Notes: generated by a model not told the origin, from the sequence alone. A stretch of DNA of 32,000 nucleotides from Flavobacteriaceae bacterium (GCA_965224465.1 OZ245049.1:3810001-3842000); one strand, 5' to 3'; shown: positions 17,696-27,150, counted from the stretch's first letter. Program-made: numbers and translations.

Positions 17696-17723
17696 AGAGA
17701 TACCAAATACATTTGGTGTCTCT
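17696..17723 (-). terminator. Hairpin immediately downstream of the RND pump stop codon
   Basis: agagatacc / ggtgtctct forms a 9-bp stem (one G-U pair on the + strand reading) with a 10-nt loop. It begins 1 nt after the stop at 17725-17727. No strong U-tract is present. Confidence 0.4.
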
Positions 17724-17724
17724 A

Positions 17725-20700
17725 TTATTTTTTACGATGCATTAAATGATACACGCAAGGAATTACAACTAGGTTTAAAATAGTTGCAGATAATAAACCT
17801 CCTAAAATTACGATTGCCATGGGACTTTGAATTTCATTTCCTGGTTCATCGCCTTTTAAGGCTAAAGGAATCAAGGCGAGTCCGGTGGTAAATGCGGTCA
17901 TTAGAATGGGGTTGAGTCGGTCAATAGCTCCGTCGATCAATAAGGAAACTCCTTGTGCTCCTTCTTTGCGCATATCTTCGTATCGCGAGACCAATAAAAT
18001 TCCATTTCGTGTGGCAATTCCAAACAGGCTAATAAATCCAATTGTGGCTGCAATGCTTACAATTCCAGAAGTAAAGTAGACCATTAAAATACCTCCAATC
18101 AATGCCAAGGGTAAATTTATCAGTACAATAAATGATAGTTTCACATTTTTGAATTCAGAAAATAGTAATAAAAAAATCACTAAAACAGCAAATATAGCTG
18201 ATACTAATAGGGATTTAGACGCTTTTGCTTCACTTTCAAATTGTCCTCCGTAAGCCACGTGATATCCTTCAGGGATATTTACTTGATTAGTTATGACTTT
18301 TTTAATATCATTTACAACAGAACGTAAATCACGTCCTTGGACATTGGCAGCTACTACTATTTTACGTTGCACGCCTTCTCTACTTATGGTGTTTGGACTG
18401 CTAACAGATAAAACGTCGGCGAGTTCTCCGAGGCTTATAAACCCTCCGTTTGGCAATTTAACCAAGGTGTTTTCGATGTTTTCTTTGGAATCTCTAGCCG
18501 CAGGTTGCATGCGGACAATTAAATCAAAATACTGTTGTCCTTCATATATTTCGCCTGCTTTTTCACCTGCAAAGGCGATGTCTATTTGCAACATTAAGTC
18601 ACCTACAGTCATGCCATAAGCAGCCAGTAAATCCCGTTTAGGTGAGATGCGTAATTGGGGAACTTCTATTTGTTGGTCTACAGCAACATCTACAATGCCT
18701 TCCAAGGATTTGATATTCGATTCAATACTTTTTCCTAGTTCAAATAAGCGTTGTAAATCGGATCCGAAAATCTTTATAGCAATATTCGCACGTGTTCCAG
18801 AAAGCATGTGGTCTATACGGTGAGCTATGGGTTGTCCAAGTGTGATGTTTACCCCAGGAACCAAACTTAATTTTTTACGCACTTCTTCAAAAAACACTTC
18901 TTTGGTTTTTCCGTTCAAGGTAAAAGGCACATCTATTTCTGCTGCATTTATCCCTTGGGCGTGTTCGTCTAATTCTGCTCTTCCAGTCCTTCTTGTTACC
19001 ACAGATACTTCCGGTAATTCAAGCAAGAGTTGTTCTACCATTGTCCCTATTTTATTACTTTCATCTAAGGACATTCCTGGGATTCCCACAGCGCTAATTA
19101 CCAAAGAACCTTCGTTAAATTCGGGTAAGAAACTACGTCCAAGTTGGGTGAATATTCCCATACTTATCGCAAAAGCTATTCCTGTGCTAAGGAGGATGGT
19201 TTTGGGCCTTTTTAAAGCGCCATTCAGAATTGTTGCATAGTGTTTTTGCAGCCATTTTTCTACCTTAGTACCGTCTGCCTGTTTTAATAATACAGCATCA
19301 CTTTTTAGTAAAAATGAACACAGGACAGGGGTGACAGTTACGGCTACAATAAGAGATGTTAATACGGAGGTAATAAAGGCAATTCCTAAAGGTTGTAATA
19401 AACGTCCTTCCATTCCGTTTAAAAAAAATAAAGGAATAAAAGAGACAATTACAATAAGGGTTGCGATAATAATAGAGCTACGCACCTCAATGGAAGCATC
19501 TTTTACAACTTTTAAAACAGGTTCGCGTTCTGATTTTGGCTTTTTTACATTTTGACGTAAGCGTTTGAATACGTTTTCTACATCTACGATTGCATCATCT
19601 ACTAAGGCTCCAATAGCTATTGCTATTCCTCCCAAACTCATGGTGTTAATAGTATACCCTAATAGTTTTAATACAATTATGGAGACTAAAATAGAGATAG
19701 GAATTGCCAATAATGAAATAATGGTAGTTCTCCAGTTCATTAAAAATATAAAGAGGATAATTACCACAAAAAAAGCGCCTTCTAGCAGTGTTTTGTTGAG
19801 GTTGTTAATGGATGCCTCAATAAAATCTGCCTGTCTAAAAATATGACTTTGTATGTGTACACTTTCGGGCAAGCTTGCTTTTAATTCCTCAATAGCTGTG
19901 TCCAGTTTTTTTGTCAAATCCAATGTGTTTACACCGGGTTGTTTAGAAATGGTTAAGATGACTGCTGGGGAAGCATTTAAAGAACCATCACCAATTTTGT
20001 CGGAACTGCCGATGCGTACTGTGGCAACATCTTTAATTTTGATGGTTTGCCCATGTACTTGTTTTAAAACGGATTCACTCAATTGCTCGATGGAATAAGC
20101 GCGTCCATTTCCTTTTATAATGTATTGGTTTCCGTACTGAGTTAAGGTTCCTCCCGGGGCATTTTTAGTAGCGTCTTCTACTTTTTCTAATAATTCGGGA
20201 AGACTAACATCGTAGAATTTTAGTTTTTCAGGATCTGCAAAAACTTGGTATTGTTTAAAGTCTCCTCCCGTAACTATTACATTTGCAATTCCTCCAATGG
20301 CTTTGATACGCGGCCTGATGGTCCAGTCGGAAAGGGTACGCAATTCCATGGCTGATAATTTATCAGAAGTAATTCCTAGTAATAGAATTTCTCCCATGAT
20401 AGAGGAAATGGGGGCCATTGTAGGTGCTCCAACTCCTTCGGGTAAATTTTCTCTTACCATAGGAATGCGTTCACTTACAATTTGTCGGGCGCGATAGATA
20501 TCCGTTCCCCATTCAAATTCTATCCAAACTATGGAGATTCCAGCAGCTGAAGAAGATCTAATTCTTCGCACATTTGGAGATCCATTCAGGGCAGTTTCTA
20601 ACTGATAGGTTACCAGTTTTTCTACTTCTTCAGATTCCATTCCGTGTGCCTCAGTTAATATAGTAACTGTAGGAGCTGTTAGGTCTGGGAATACGTCTAC

Positions 20701-20805
20701 GTTCATGGTTCGGGCAATATAGAAACCAGAAATACTTAATAGCACAGCAGCTAAAAGTACCATGAATCGGTTTTTAAGCGATATTGATAATATTTTATTT
20801 AACAT
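17725..20805 (-). CDS. CusA/CzcA-family heavy-metal efflux RND transporter (inner-membrane pump)
   Basis: 1026 aa with 12-TM RND architecture. Typical HME-RND blocks: MLNKILSISLKNRFMVLL, GGIAIAIGALVDDAIVDVENV, GIATRNGILLVS. Confidence 0.95.
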   Translation of the reverse strand: MLNKILSISLKNRFMVLLAAVLLSISGFYIARTMNVDVFPDLTAPTVTILTEAHGMESEEVEKLVTYQLETALNGSPNVRRIRSSSAAGISIVWIEFEWGTDIYRARQIVSERIPMVRENLPEGVGAPTMAPISSIMGEILLLGITSDKLSAMELRTLSDWTIRPRIKAIGGIANVIVTGGDFKQYQVFADPEKLKFYDVSLPELLEKVEDATKNAPGGTLTQYGNQYIIKGNGRAYSIEQLSESVLKQVHGQTIKIKDVATVRIGSSDKIGDGSLNASPAVILTISKQPGVNTLDLTKKLDTAIEELKASLPESVHIQSHIFRQADFIEASINNLNKTLLEGAFFVVIILFIFLMNWRTTIISLLAIPISILVSIIVLKLLGYTINTMSLGGIAIAIGALVDDAIVDVENVFKRLRQNVKKPKSEREPVLKVVKDASIEVRSSIIIATLIVIVSFIPLFFLNGMEGRLLQPLGIAFITSVLTSLIVAVTVTPVLCSFLLKSDAVLLKQADGTKVEKWLQKHYATILNGALKRPKTILLSTGIAFAISMGIFTQLGRSFLPEFNEGSLVISAVGIPGMSLDESNKIGTMVEQLLLELPEVSVVTRRTGRAELDEHAQGINAAEIDVPFTLNGKTKEVFFEEVRKKLSLVPGVNITLGQPIAHRIDHMLSGTRANIAIKIFGSDLQRLFELGKSIESNIKSLEGIVDVAVDQQIEVPQLRISPKRDLLAAYGMTVGDLMLQIDIAFAGEKAGEIYEGQQYFDLIVRMQPAARDSKENIENTLVKLPNGGFISLGELADVLSVSSPNTISREGVQRKIVVAANVQGRDLRSVVNDIKKVITNQVNIPEGYHVAYGGQFESEAKASKSLLVSAIFAVLVIFLLLFSEFKNVKLSFIVLINLPLALIGGILMVYFTSGIVSIAATIGFISLFGIATRNGILLVSRYEDMRKEGAQGVSLLIDGAIDRLNPILMTAFTTGLALIPLALKGDEPGNEIQSPMAIVILGGLLSATILNLVVIPCVYHLMHRKK

Positions 20806-20816
20806 ATTTTAGCTGT

Positions 20817-22325
20817 TTAGTGGGCATGTCCATGTGCGGGTGCAACTCCGGACATAGATGCCATTTTTACTTGGTATGCACCTGTAGTTACTACAACTTC
20901 TCCTTCGGATAAACCACTAGTAATCTCTATATAATTTCCATTTCTTTTTCCAACAGTCACCAGTCTACGTTCAAAACTTTCGCCTGTTAGTTGTACCATT
21001 ACAGTATAGTTTCCATAGTCTTCTAATAATGCATTTACAGGTATAACTATCGATTTTTCAGGGGTTCCAATAGTTACCTGTACAGGGGTGAAACTTCCTT
21101 TAGGCATGCTTACGGCGTCCGTTACTTTGGCAAATACAATCAATTGTGGTTGCTTGGCACTCACGCTTTTAGAGATGGTGTGTACGCTGCCTTTTGCAGT
21201 GATTAAATCTGACCAGACACCTGTTGTTGGTTGGTACCATATATTGTGAATGGTTTCTAATTCGCTGGCATAGCTTGCCGGTACTTGAACTTCTAAGATA
21301 CTGGTTGCTTCTTTTACAATACTTAATAAAGAGGCTCCTTGGGCGACAAAAGATCCGTTTTGGACATTTATAGATTGAATGTATCCATTAAAAGGTGCGG
21401 AGATATTTTTTCCTGCCGATGTATATCCTGCACTTAATGAAAGGTACTTTGATTTTGCGACTAAATACGTGCTTTTAACCTTGTTAAAGTCAGATTTTGA
21501 AATAATCTTTGAAGCGTATAATTCTTGTTTACGGCTGTAGATTACAGTTGCCTGTTCTAGTCTTATTTTTGCTTGTTGAATTTCTGTGCTTAAATTGTTT
21601 TTTGACAACTGATTGCTATTGATCCGAAGTAATAGTTGTCCTTTTTTTACTTTAGTTCCAATGGTTAAGTTATCGATGTTAAATAAGATACTTCCATTTG
21701 TTGTGGCACTGACCGTAGAAATATCTGAAGGCGCAGAAGACCAAACTCCGGATGTTTTTATAACTTGGTAAATTTCTCGCTTCTCTGCCATGGCAGTTTG
21801 AAAGGGCATCTTCCATGCTTGTTCTTTTAAAAACGAAATACGACCTTCGTCTTCTTTATGCCCAATGGTTTTGATGGCCTCGGATAAATGTGTAAATACA
21901 ACGACTTCTTTTATAATAATTTTCTCTTTAAATTGAGCTGTGTTTATTTCAAAAATAAGCTGATGAATGCCCGATGTTGTTGGTTTTAATGAGAGGTTAA
22001 AGATTCCAGGAGACGAGGGGCTTTCTACAGAAGTTCTCAGTCCTTTAGTTCCTTTTATTAAACTTACAGTTACCGATCCTTCTCGTACTGGTTGGTGTTT
22101 GTCTAGGAGGGTGAAATGTGCTGCAAATCTACTTGTTTTCCCCACAATTAAAGAAGGGTATTCTACAAATAATTCGATGTTTTTTGTCCATATTGTAGCG
22201 TTCAATCTTGGAGTTCCTTTAGGTTCTCCAAGATGTCCGCCTGCAGCATCATGTGCATGTTCTTCTTCTTTTGTAGGTTGGCAAGAAGCTACTACAAAAG
22301 CTATTATTAATAGTAAATATCGCAT
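20817..22325 (-). CDS. Efflux RND periplasmic adaptor (CzcB/CusB-like) lipoprotein with His-rich termini and an N-terminal extension
   Basis: 502 aa. Lipoprotein signal (FVVASC). His-rich N-terminus (EEEHAHDAAGGH) and C-terminus (APAHGHAH). MFP lipoyl/beta-barrel blocks (KKGQLLLRINS, APFNGYIQSINVQNGSFVAQGASLLSIV). Its start lies 11 nt upstream of the start of the pump gene. Confidence 0.9.
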   Translation of the reverse strand: MRYLLLIIAFVVASCQPTKEEEHAHDAAGGHLGEPKGTPRLNATIWTKNIELFVEYPSLIVGKTSRFAAHFTLLDKHQPVREGSVTVSLIKGTKGLRTSVESPSSPGIFNLSLKPTTSGIHQLIFEINTAQFKEKIIIKEVVVFTHLSEAIKTIGHKEDEGRISFLKEQAWKMPFQTAMAEKREIYQVIKTSGVWSSAPSDISTVSATTNGSILFNIDNLTIGTKVKKGQLLLRINSNQLSKNNLSTEIQQAKIRLEQATVIYSRKQELYASKIISKSDFNKVKSTYLVAKSKYLSLSAGYTSAGKNISAPFNGYIQSINVQNGSFVAQGASLLSIVKEATSILEVQVPASYASELETIHNIWYQPTTGVWSDLITAKGSVHTISKSVSAKQPQLIVFAKVTDAVSMPKGSFTPVQVTIGTPEKSIVIPVNALLEDYGNYTVMVQLTGESFERRLVTVGKRNGNYIEITSGLSEGEVVVTTGAYQVKMASMSGVAPAHGHAH

Positions 22326-22344
22326 AGTATACCTTTTTTAATAA

Positions 22345-22575
22345 TTAGTGTTTGTGGTTTGTATCATGTTCATCATGTTTGTGATCCTCTTTGCTTACTT
22401 CTGTTTTTAAAGAATCGTTTTTTACAGTAAACGCTTCTTGTTTTACGGGCGCATCTTCATGTACGTGTTCTTCACCAGCTTTGTGTTCATGGCCATGGTC
22501 ATTTGTTGCTTTTTTGGGAGTACAAGACACTGCAAATGCAATGGAAAGGGTAATTAATATACTTGAAATTTTCAT
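22345..22575 (-). CDS. Small His/Asp/Glu-rich lipoprotein, putative periplasmic metal-binding protein
   Basis: 76 aa. Lipoprotein signal (SIAFAVSC). The mature part has 10 His in HxH-type clusters (DHGHEH, EEHVHED, DHKHDEHDTNHKH). It is embedded between the OMF and MFP genes with 19-nt gaps on both sides. Confidence 0.7.
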   Translation of the reverse strand: MKISSILITLSIAFAVSCTPKKATNDHGHEHKAGEEHVHEDAPVKQEAFTVKNDSLKTEVSKEDHKHDEHDTNHKH

Positions 22576-22594
22576 AATTGTAATGTGTTTAAAT

Positions 22595-23779
22595 TTATAA
22601 TTGATGTTGTAATAAATCGGACATTAATAGCTGTACTTCTTTTTTTAATTGATTTTTGGTGTCTATTGCATTTCGGTAGTATTGTACCTCTACGTAATAG
22701 TCCATAAAAGAAATTTCACCTAATTCATAGGCTTTAAAAAGGAGTTGCTCACTATTTAATGTGTCCAATACTTGTTGGTACTTGGTATAATTGTTTTGCG
22801 ATATTTTATAGTTGTTATACACGTGTTGATACACTATTTTGGCTTTATTTAAGTGCGCTTCTAATAGTTGTTGTTTAAATGTATAATTGGCTTTTGCTGC
22901 ATTTACTTTGTGCTTGTTTTTCCAAATAGGCACTGTAATACCAGCAAAAACACCTGAATAATTAGATCCTGAAACACCTTGGTAGCTGTAACCAACTGTT
23001 ATGTTTGGTAAGGACAGGTTTTTGAATACGTTAATGGCTTGATTTGCAATTAATTCTTCCTGTTTTAATTGTTGTAATACAGGGTCTATTCCTGTCTTTT
23101 CTATCCAAAGGTTCTCAAACGGAAGTAACTTTTTAGGGTTTTTAAGGAGTACATGTTTTATGTCTACAGGTATGTTTCCATTCAGACTTTTTAGTATTTT
23201 TAAAGTTGTCTGTTGTTTTAATAAGAGTTTTTCTAAATTAAATTGGGCCTGAATCCATGCTATAGTTGCCTTGTTTAAAACAAGGATTCCCACTTCTTCT
23301 TTGTCAAACAATTCCCTAATTTGCGCATGTATTTTAGAGGCTTGTGTTAAACGTTCCTTCTCCAATACAAGCTTGTCTTGAAGGGAGAGGTACTCAATTC
23401 CTTGTTTTTGCGCTTTTAATAGTGTTTTTTGACGTAGGATACGTTGTGTTAAATCGGCGTTTTTCAGCTGTTTTTTCACTAAGTTTCTACGAGAACTATA
23501 CACTGTTGGGAATTCAAAAGACTGAGAGATTTCAATTTCTGAATAAGTACCACCGTCATGTGTTCCCCAAGGTAAAAAATAGGTGCTTATTTCAGGGTTT
23601 GAGAGATTGTTTGTTGCTTTTAGCTGCAGCTTATTGTACGCGTTTAAATGCGCATAAGCGTTTAATTCTTTATTGTTTTGTTCGATTTTTTGCAACAGCA
23701 TTTTAAGAGAACTATTTTGTGCAAATATACCAAACGATACAAGGTAAACGCCTATGGCGAATACTGTTTTTTTATACAT
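22595..23779 (-). CDS. TolC-family outer-membrane efflux protein (CzcC-like)
   Basis: 394 aa. Signal peptide, two-repeat OEP-like layout rich in Q/L/K coiled segments. It sits in the operon with the MFP and RND pump. Confidence 0.85.
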   Translation of the reverse strand: MYKKTVFAIGVYLVSFGIFAQNSSLKMLLQKIEQNNKELNAYAHLNAYNKLQLKATNNLSNPEISTYFLPWGTHDGGTYSEIEISQSFEFPTVYSSRRNLVKKQLKNADLTQRILRQKTLLKAQKQGIEYLSLQDKLVLEKERLTQASKIHAQIRELFDKEEVGILVLNKATIAWIQAQFNLEKLLLKQQTTLKILKSLNGNIPVDIKHVLLKNPKKLLPFENLWIEKTGIDPVLQQLKQEELIANQAINVFKNLSLPNITVGYSYQGVSGSNYSGVFAGITVPIWKNKHKVNAAKANYTFKQQLLEAHLNKAKIVYQHVYNNYKISQNNYTKYQQVLDTLNSEQLLFKAYELGEISFMDYYVEVQYYRNAIDTKNQLKKEVQLLMSDLLQHQL

Positions 23780-23845
23780 TTTATAAGGTGTTAGAATGAA
23801 TCAAGTTAGAAGGAAAACTAACAGTAGTTTTCGCGATTTATATGA

Positions 23846-24292
23846 TTATCCTAAGTATGGTGGGCCTCTTAAAGGAGTTTCTCCAATTATGGGAGCCTTG
23901 TAAAATACGTATTTGTAATGTGTAAATTGTGTGTGAAGTCTCTTCTGCTGAAATTGCAGGCTAGTTGTTATAAGAGGGTTACATACAGTTTTTAGTTGTT
24001 TTTTTACGTTTGTAGAAACAACTTGTTTTGCAATCTGAATACATTCATGAGAATGTACAGATTGTAAATGATGCTGTATTAAAAAATCAATAGAAAATCG
24101 AAATGCAGTTTTTTCTTGTTTTTCAGATGCAGGGTGATGGTGATCCGATTTGTTATGGTGATGCGTTGTCTTATGCGTGTTATCACTTATTTTTTGATGT
24201 AAATGATGCGCATGTGGTATTGCATTTAAAAGTGTTGTCAAAACAAGGACACTTATAAAAAACCAAGACTTTAGTTGAATCATTTTTTTCAT
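23846..24292 (-). CDS. His-rich small protein with an N-terminal signal/anchor; first gene of the metal-efflux operon
   Basis: 148 aa. Hydrophobic N-terminus (WFFISVLVLTTLL), then AIPHAHHLHQ...HKTTHHHNKSDHHHP, two Cys (HSHEC, VCNP) and the C-terminal ...GETPLRGPPYLG. No known domain was recognised with confidence. Confidence 0.6.
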   Translation of the reverse strand: MKKMIQLKSWFFISVLVLTTLLNAIPHAHHLHQKISDNTHKTTHHHNKSDHHHPASEKQEKTAFRFSIDFLIQHHLQSVHSHECIQIAKQVVSTNVKKQLKTVCNPLITTSLQFQQKRLHTQFTHYKYVFYKAPIIGETPLRGPPYLG

Positions 24293-24440
24293 CGTTGGTA
24301 AAAATACATATTTTTTTTGAATCCCTCATCGAGGGTTTAGTTTTCTGTGGGTTGGTCTCGAAACAGAAAAAAACATAAAGGAAGTACACCGTGTGTTCTT
24401 GGAGTGAGCGTGTTGATTAAAAGAGACGACTAATACAAAT

Positions 24441-24601
24441 TATACCAACTACAATCCAAAATGACAGATATAAATAGTTTATTTCACGTTCTATTGTTGT
24501 TAACAAATAGAACGATAGCAAGGATATCCATTCATTTTTTACCTAGCTATAACAAAAACTATTTCCATTTCTAAACCTTCACTTGGAAATGTGTTTGGTA
24601 T
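24441..24601 (-). repeat. MITE-like interspersed repeat, copy 4 (161 bp, inverted orientation, expanded centre)
   Basis: The reverse complement reads ATACCAAACACATTTCCAAGTGAAGGTTTAGAAATGGAAATA...GAAATAAACTATTTATATCTGTCATTTTGGATTGTAGTTGGTATA. Confidence 0.85.
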
Positions 24602-24792
24602 AAGTAGATTATTTACTGCGTTTTTTAGTTCTTATAATTGGCTGTAAACGATGTGGGTTATGTTGCTAATGAATGCTTATTTAGGTGCGGTAGTGTTGTG
24701 AGCTTGTTTGTTGAGTGGACTTGCTGTTATTTATTCTTTTTATAAACTCAGGGTTTTGTGTTTTTGTTAGGAGAAAATAAATTTCTTTCGAG

Positions 24793-24800
24793 TATCTTTG
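24793..24800 (+). promoter_or_regulatory. Candidate -7 promoter box (TATCTTTG)
   Basis: Matches TAnnTTTG, 25 nt upstream of ATG 24825. Confidence 0.4.
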
Positions 24801-24824
24801 TTTGTTAAAATAGGTGCGTTTTAG

Positions 24825-27140
24825 ATGAAAAACATTTTCTTTCTTTTTTTTGTAATACCAATGCTTCTTTTTTCTCAAGAAAAAGGCTTCTCTGATCAAT
24901 ATCGTTTGCAGAACGTTTCTGGAATCACGATTTCTGATGCTGAAAATAACAAAGCACTGCAAATTATCCGTCAAGCCATTACCTATAAAAAATACAACAA
25001 TCCAGAAGCTAGTTTGGGGTATTTTAATTACAAATCGTATCATAAAGTCATTGTTTCTGTTGATCCAACTGCTATTGATAGCCGGATAGATTCGGTGTTT
25101 CAAAGCGAAAGAGATGAACGTAAATTTATCCGTTTGGATTCGGCTAATTATAAGTTTAAAAGAGAACTAGAGAAACACCACCTGTATATAAGCGAAAAAA
25201 TATCTGAACATAGTTTTAAAAAAGGAAAAAAGCAAAACGAACATATTTTAGCCTTGCGAATGGCAGGGTTTAAAAACCCAGTTTATGAACTGCTCAAAGT
25301 AAAAATTCAAGATTTTTCTGTGTATAAGAAATATTACACCATTGCAGGCGCAAAATACAGCAATCCCATTGCAGAAAATGCGACTAAATCATATGTGTAC
25401 AAAATATTAGATACGGTAAAAACGAGCAATGGAAATGCTGTTAGGGTGTATTTTGAACCCAAAAAAAAGAAAAGTAAAATAGGACTGTTTGGGATATTAT
25501 CCATTGATCAATCGTCCTATGCAATTACAAATTTTGTTACGGCATTTAATGGTGCGATTACCTTGAAAGCCAGTCAGAAATTCAAGTTTTTTAAGCAAGA
25601 TAATGGTTGGTTTCCAATAGAAACTTCTGTGTTAATTAGCAATGGAGACAATTCTAAAGGTGTTCAGTTTTTTAATCGATTGATGGACTTTGATTCGCGC
25701 AATAAAAAGAAAAAAAAATACCAATATTCAGCAACTCAAACACCCTCTGACGTGGTGTTTTTAAGTGCAAAGAATTTTTTATTTGATATTCAGATAAATC
25801 AGCCTTTAAAAATTGAAAGGTCATCTTCAGTTATTACCATCGCAGCAAACGCAAATAAGGAACAGGCTTCTTTTTGGGACTTGTACCGTAAGGATTCTAT
25901 TACAAAGAGGGACAAAGAGACGTATCATTTAATTGATAGTATTTCCGAAAAGGATCATATAGAGCGAAAAATTAATGTGGCTCGTAATTTATTAAAAGGC
26001 TATTATCCACTAAAATATTTGAATCTTGATCTGGGTAAAATCATTAATCTAAATAATTACGAAGGCTTGAGAATAGGAATGGGAGGGGTGACAAATGCAC
26101 GTTTTTCAGATAAATTCCGAATAGAATCTTATGTTGCTTATGGAACAAAAGATGCAGCAATAAAATATAAAGTAGGAGCTGCTGTACGTTTGAATAATTT
26201 TGCCAATACATGGTTAGGAATTAATTATACAGATGATATTCAGGAATCTGCAGGAATTGATTTTATTATAAAAGGGAGTTCTTTTTCTCCAATCAATCCT
26301 AGGAATTTAAATTTAAGTCGTTTTTATAAATACAATACATGGGAAGTTTATATTTCACATGATATTCAGCCAAATTTTACGACAAAACTAAATCTTACTT
26401 CGGGATCTTATAGCTCAATGTTTGATTATAAATATATTTCAAACAAAAAAATGCTAAGCGATTATCATTTGAGCATGGCAACGGTAGCATTTAATTACAA
26501 CCCCAATAGTGAATATTTGATTTCGCCGATCGGTAAAATTAGAATTAAAAATGGCTACCCACAATACACGTTACAGCTGCGGAAAAGTTTTTCGCATCTG
26601 GCGCAAAGCGATTTTGGTTTTGGACAACTTAATTTTAAGGTAGAGCATCAAATCAAACCCTTAAAAAAAGGAGTCACACATTTATTAATGATGGGAGGTT
26701 TGACTTTTGGAGAAACACCACTTTCGCATTTGTACAATGCCACCCCAAATTATGTTTATGATCAACCGTATAGAAAACGAATTACCTTTGGTGGAAAGAA
26801 TAGCTTTGAAACGATGGGGTATAACGAGTTTATTTCGGATGCTTATGTTATGTTTCAATTTAAACATTTTTTAGAACCATTCCGTATTTCCAATGTTTTT
26901 AAACCTCATTTGAGTTTTATCACCCGTTTTGCAGTGGGCTGGATGAAAACTCCCATGAACCAAATAGTTGTTCCATTTAAAACCATGGAGAAAGGCTATA
27001 TAGAAAGTGGGGTGGAAATAAACCGACTGTTTAAGGGGTTTGGATTTAGTGGTTTTTATCGATATGGTCCTTATCAATTGGATACATGGAGTGATAATTT
27101 AGCCGTTAAACTCACCTATAGACTTAGTTTAGGATTTTAA
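24825..27140 (+). CDS. DUF5686-like outer-membrane beta-barrel protein
   Basis: 771 aa. Signal peptide (FFVIPMLLFSQ). N-terminal block ALQIIRQAITYKKYNNPEASLGYFNYKSYHKVIVSVDP resembles, from memory, the DUF5686 family. The Y/G/N-rich C-terminal half ends in ...LTYRLSLGF, a beta-barrel terminal aromatic. It lacks the carboxypeptidase-regulatory-like domain often found at the N-terminus of this family. Confidence 0.7.
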   Translation: MKNIFFLFFVIPMLLFSQEKGFSDQYRLQNVSGITISDAENNKALQIIRQAITYKKYNNPEASLGYFNYKSYHKVIVSVDPTAIDSRIDSVFQSERDERKFIRLDSANYKFKRELEKHHLYISEKISEHSFKKGKKQNEHILALRMAGFKNPVYELLKVKIQDFSVYKKYYTIAGAKYSNPIAENATKSYVYKILDTVKTSNGNAVRVYFEPKKKKSKIGLFGILSIDQSSYAITNFVTAFNGAITLKASQKFKFFKQDNGWFPIETSVLISNGDNSKGVQFFNRLMDFDSRNKKKKKYQYSATQTPSDVVFLSAKNFLFDIQINQPLKIERSSSVITIAANANKEQASFWDLYRKDSITKRDKETYHLIDSISEKDHIERKINVARNLLKGYYPLKYLNLDLGKIINLNNYEGLRIGMGGVTNARFSDKFRIESYVAYGTKDAAIKYKVGAAVRLNNFANTWLGINYTDDIQESAGIDFIIKGSSFSPINPRNLNLSRFYKYNTWEVYISHDIQPNFTTKLNLTSGSYSSMFDYKYISNKKMLSDYHLSMATVAFNYNPNSEYLISPIGKIRIKNGYPQYTLQLRKSFSHLAQSDFGFGQLNFKVEHQIKPLKKGVTHLLMMGGLTFGETPLSHLYNATPNYVYDQPYRKRITFGGKNSFETMGYNEFISDAYVMFQFKHFLEPFRISNVFKPHLSFITRFAVGWMKTPMNQIVVPFKTMEKGYIESGVEINRLFKGFGFSGFYRYGPYQLDTWSDNLAVKLTYRLSLGF

Positions 27141-27150
27141 GAGAAGCCCC

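Noticed and set aside
17885-20497. Series of + strand ORFs (64-137 aa) inside the RND pump gene region
   Set aside because: All lie antisense to a 1026-aa CDS with unmistakable HME-RND motifs. Their Ser/Pro/Thr/Ile-rich composition is typical of antisense frames, and none has a recognisable motif.
7629-24601. Whether the repeated ~130-165 bp units could be a CRISPR array or tandem repeat
   Set aside because: The copies are kilobases apart, separated by genes, much longer than CRISPR repeats, one of them inverted, and only ~80% identical. They are dispersed interspersed elements, not an array.
24681-25103. 140-aa minus-strand ORF overlapping the start of the DUF5686-like gene, and the 68-aa ORF at 24183-24389
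   Set aside because: Both are antisense to or overlapping better-supported CDSs. They have skewed composition and no motifs.
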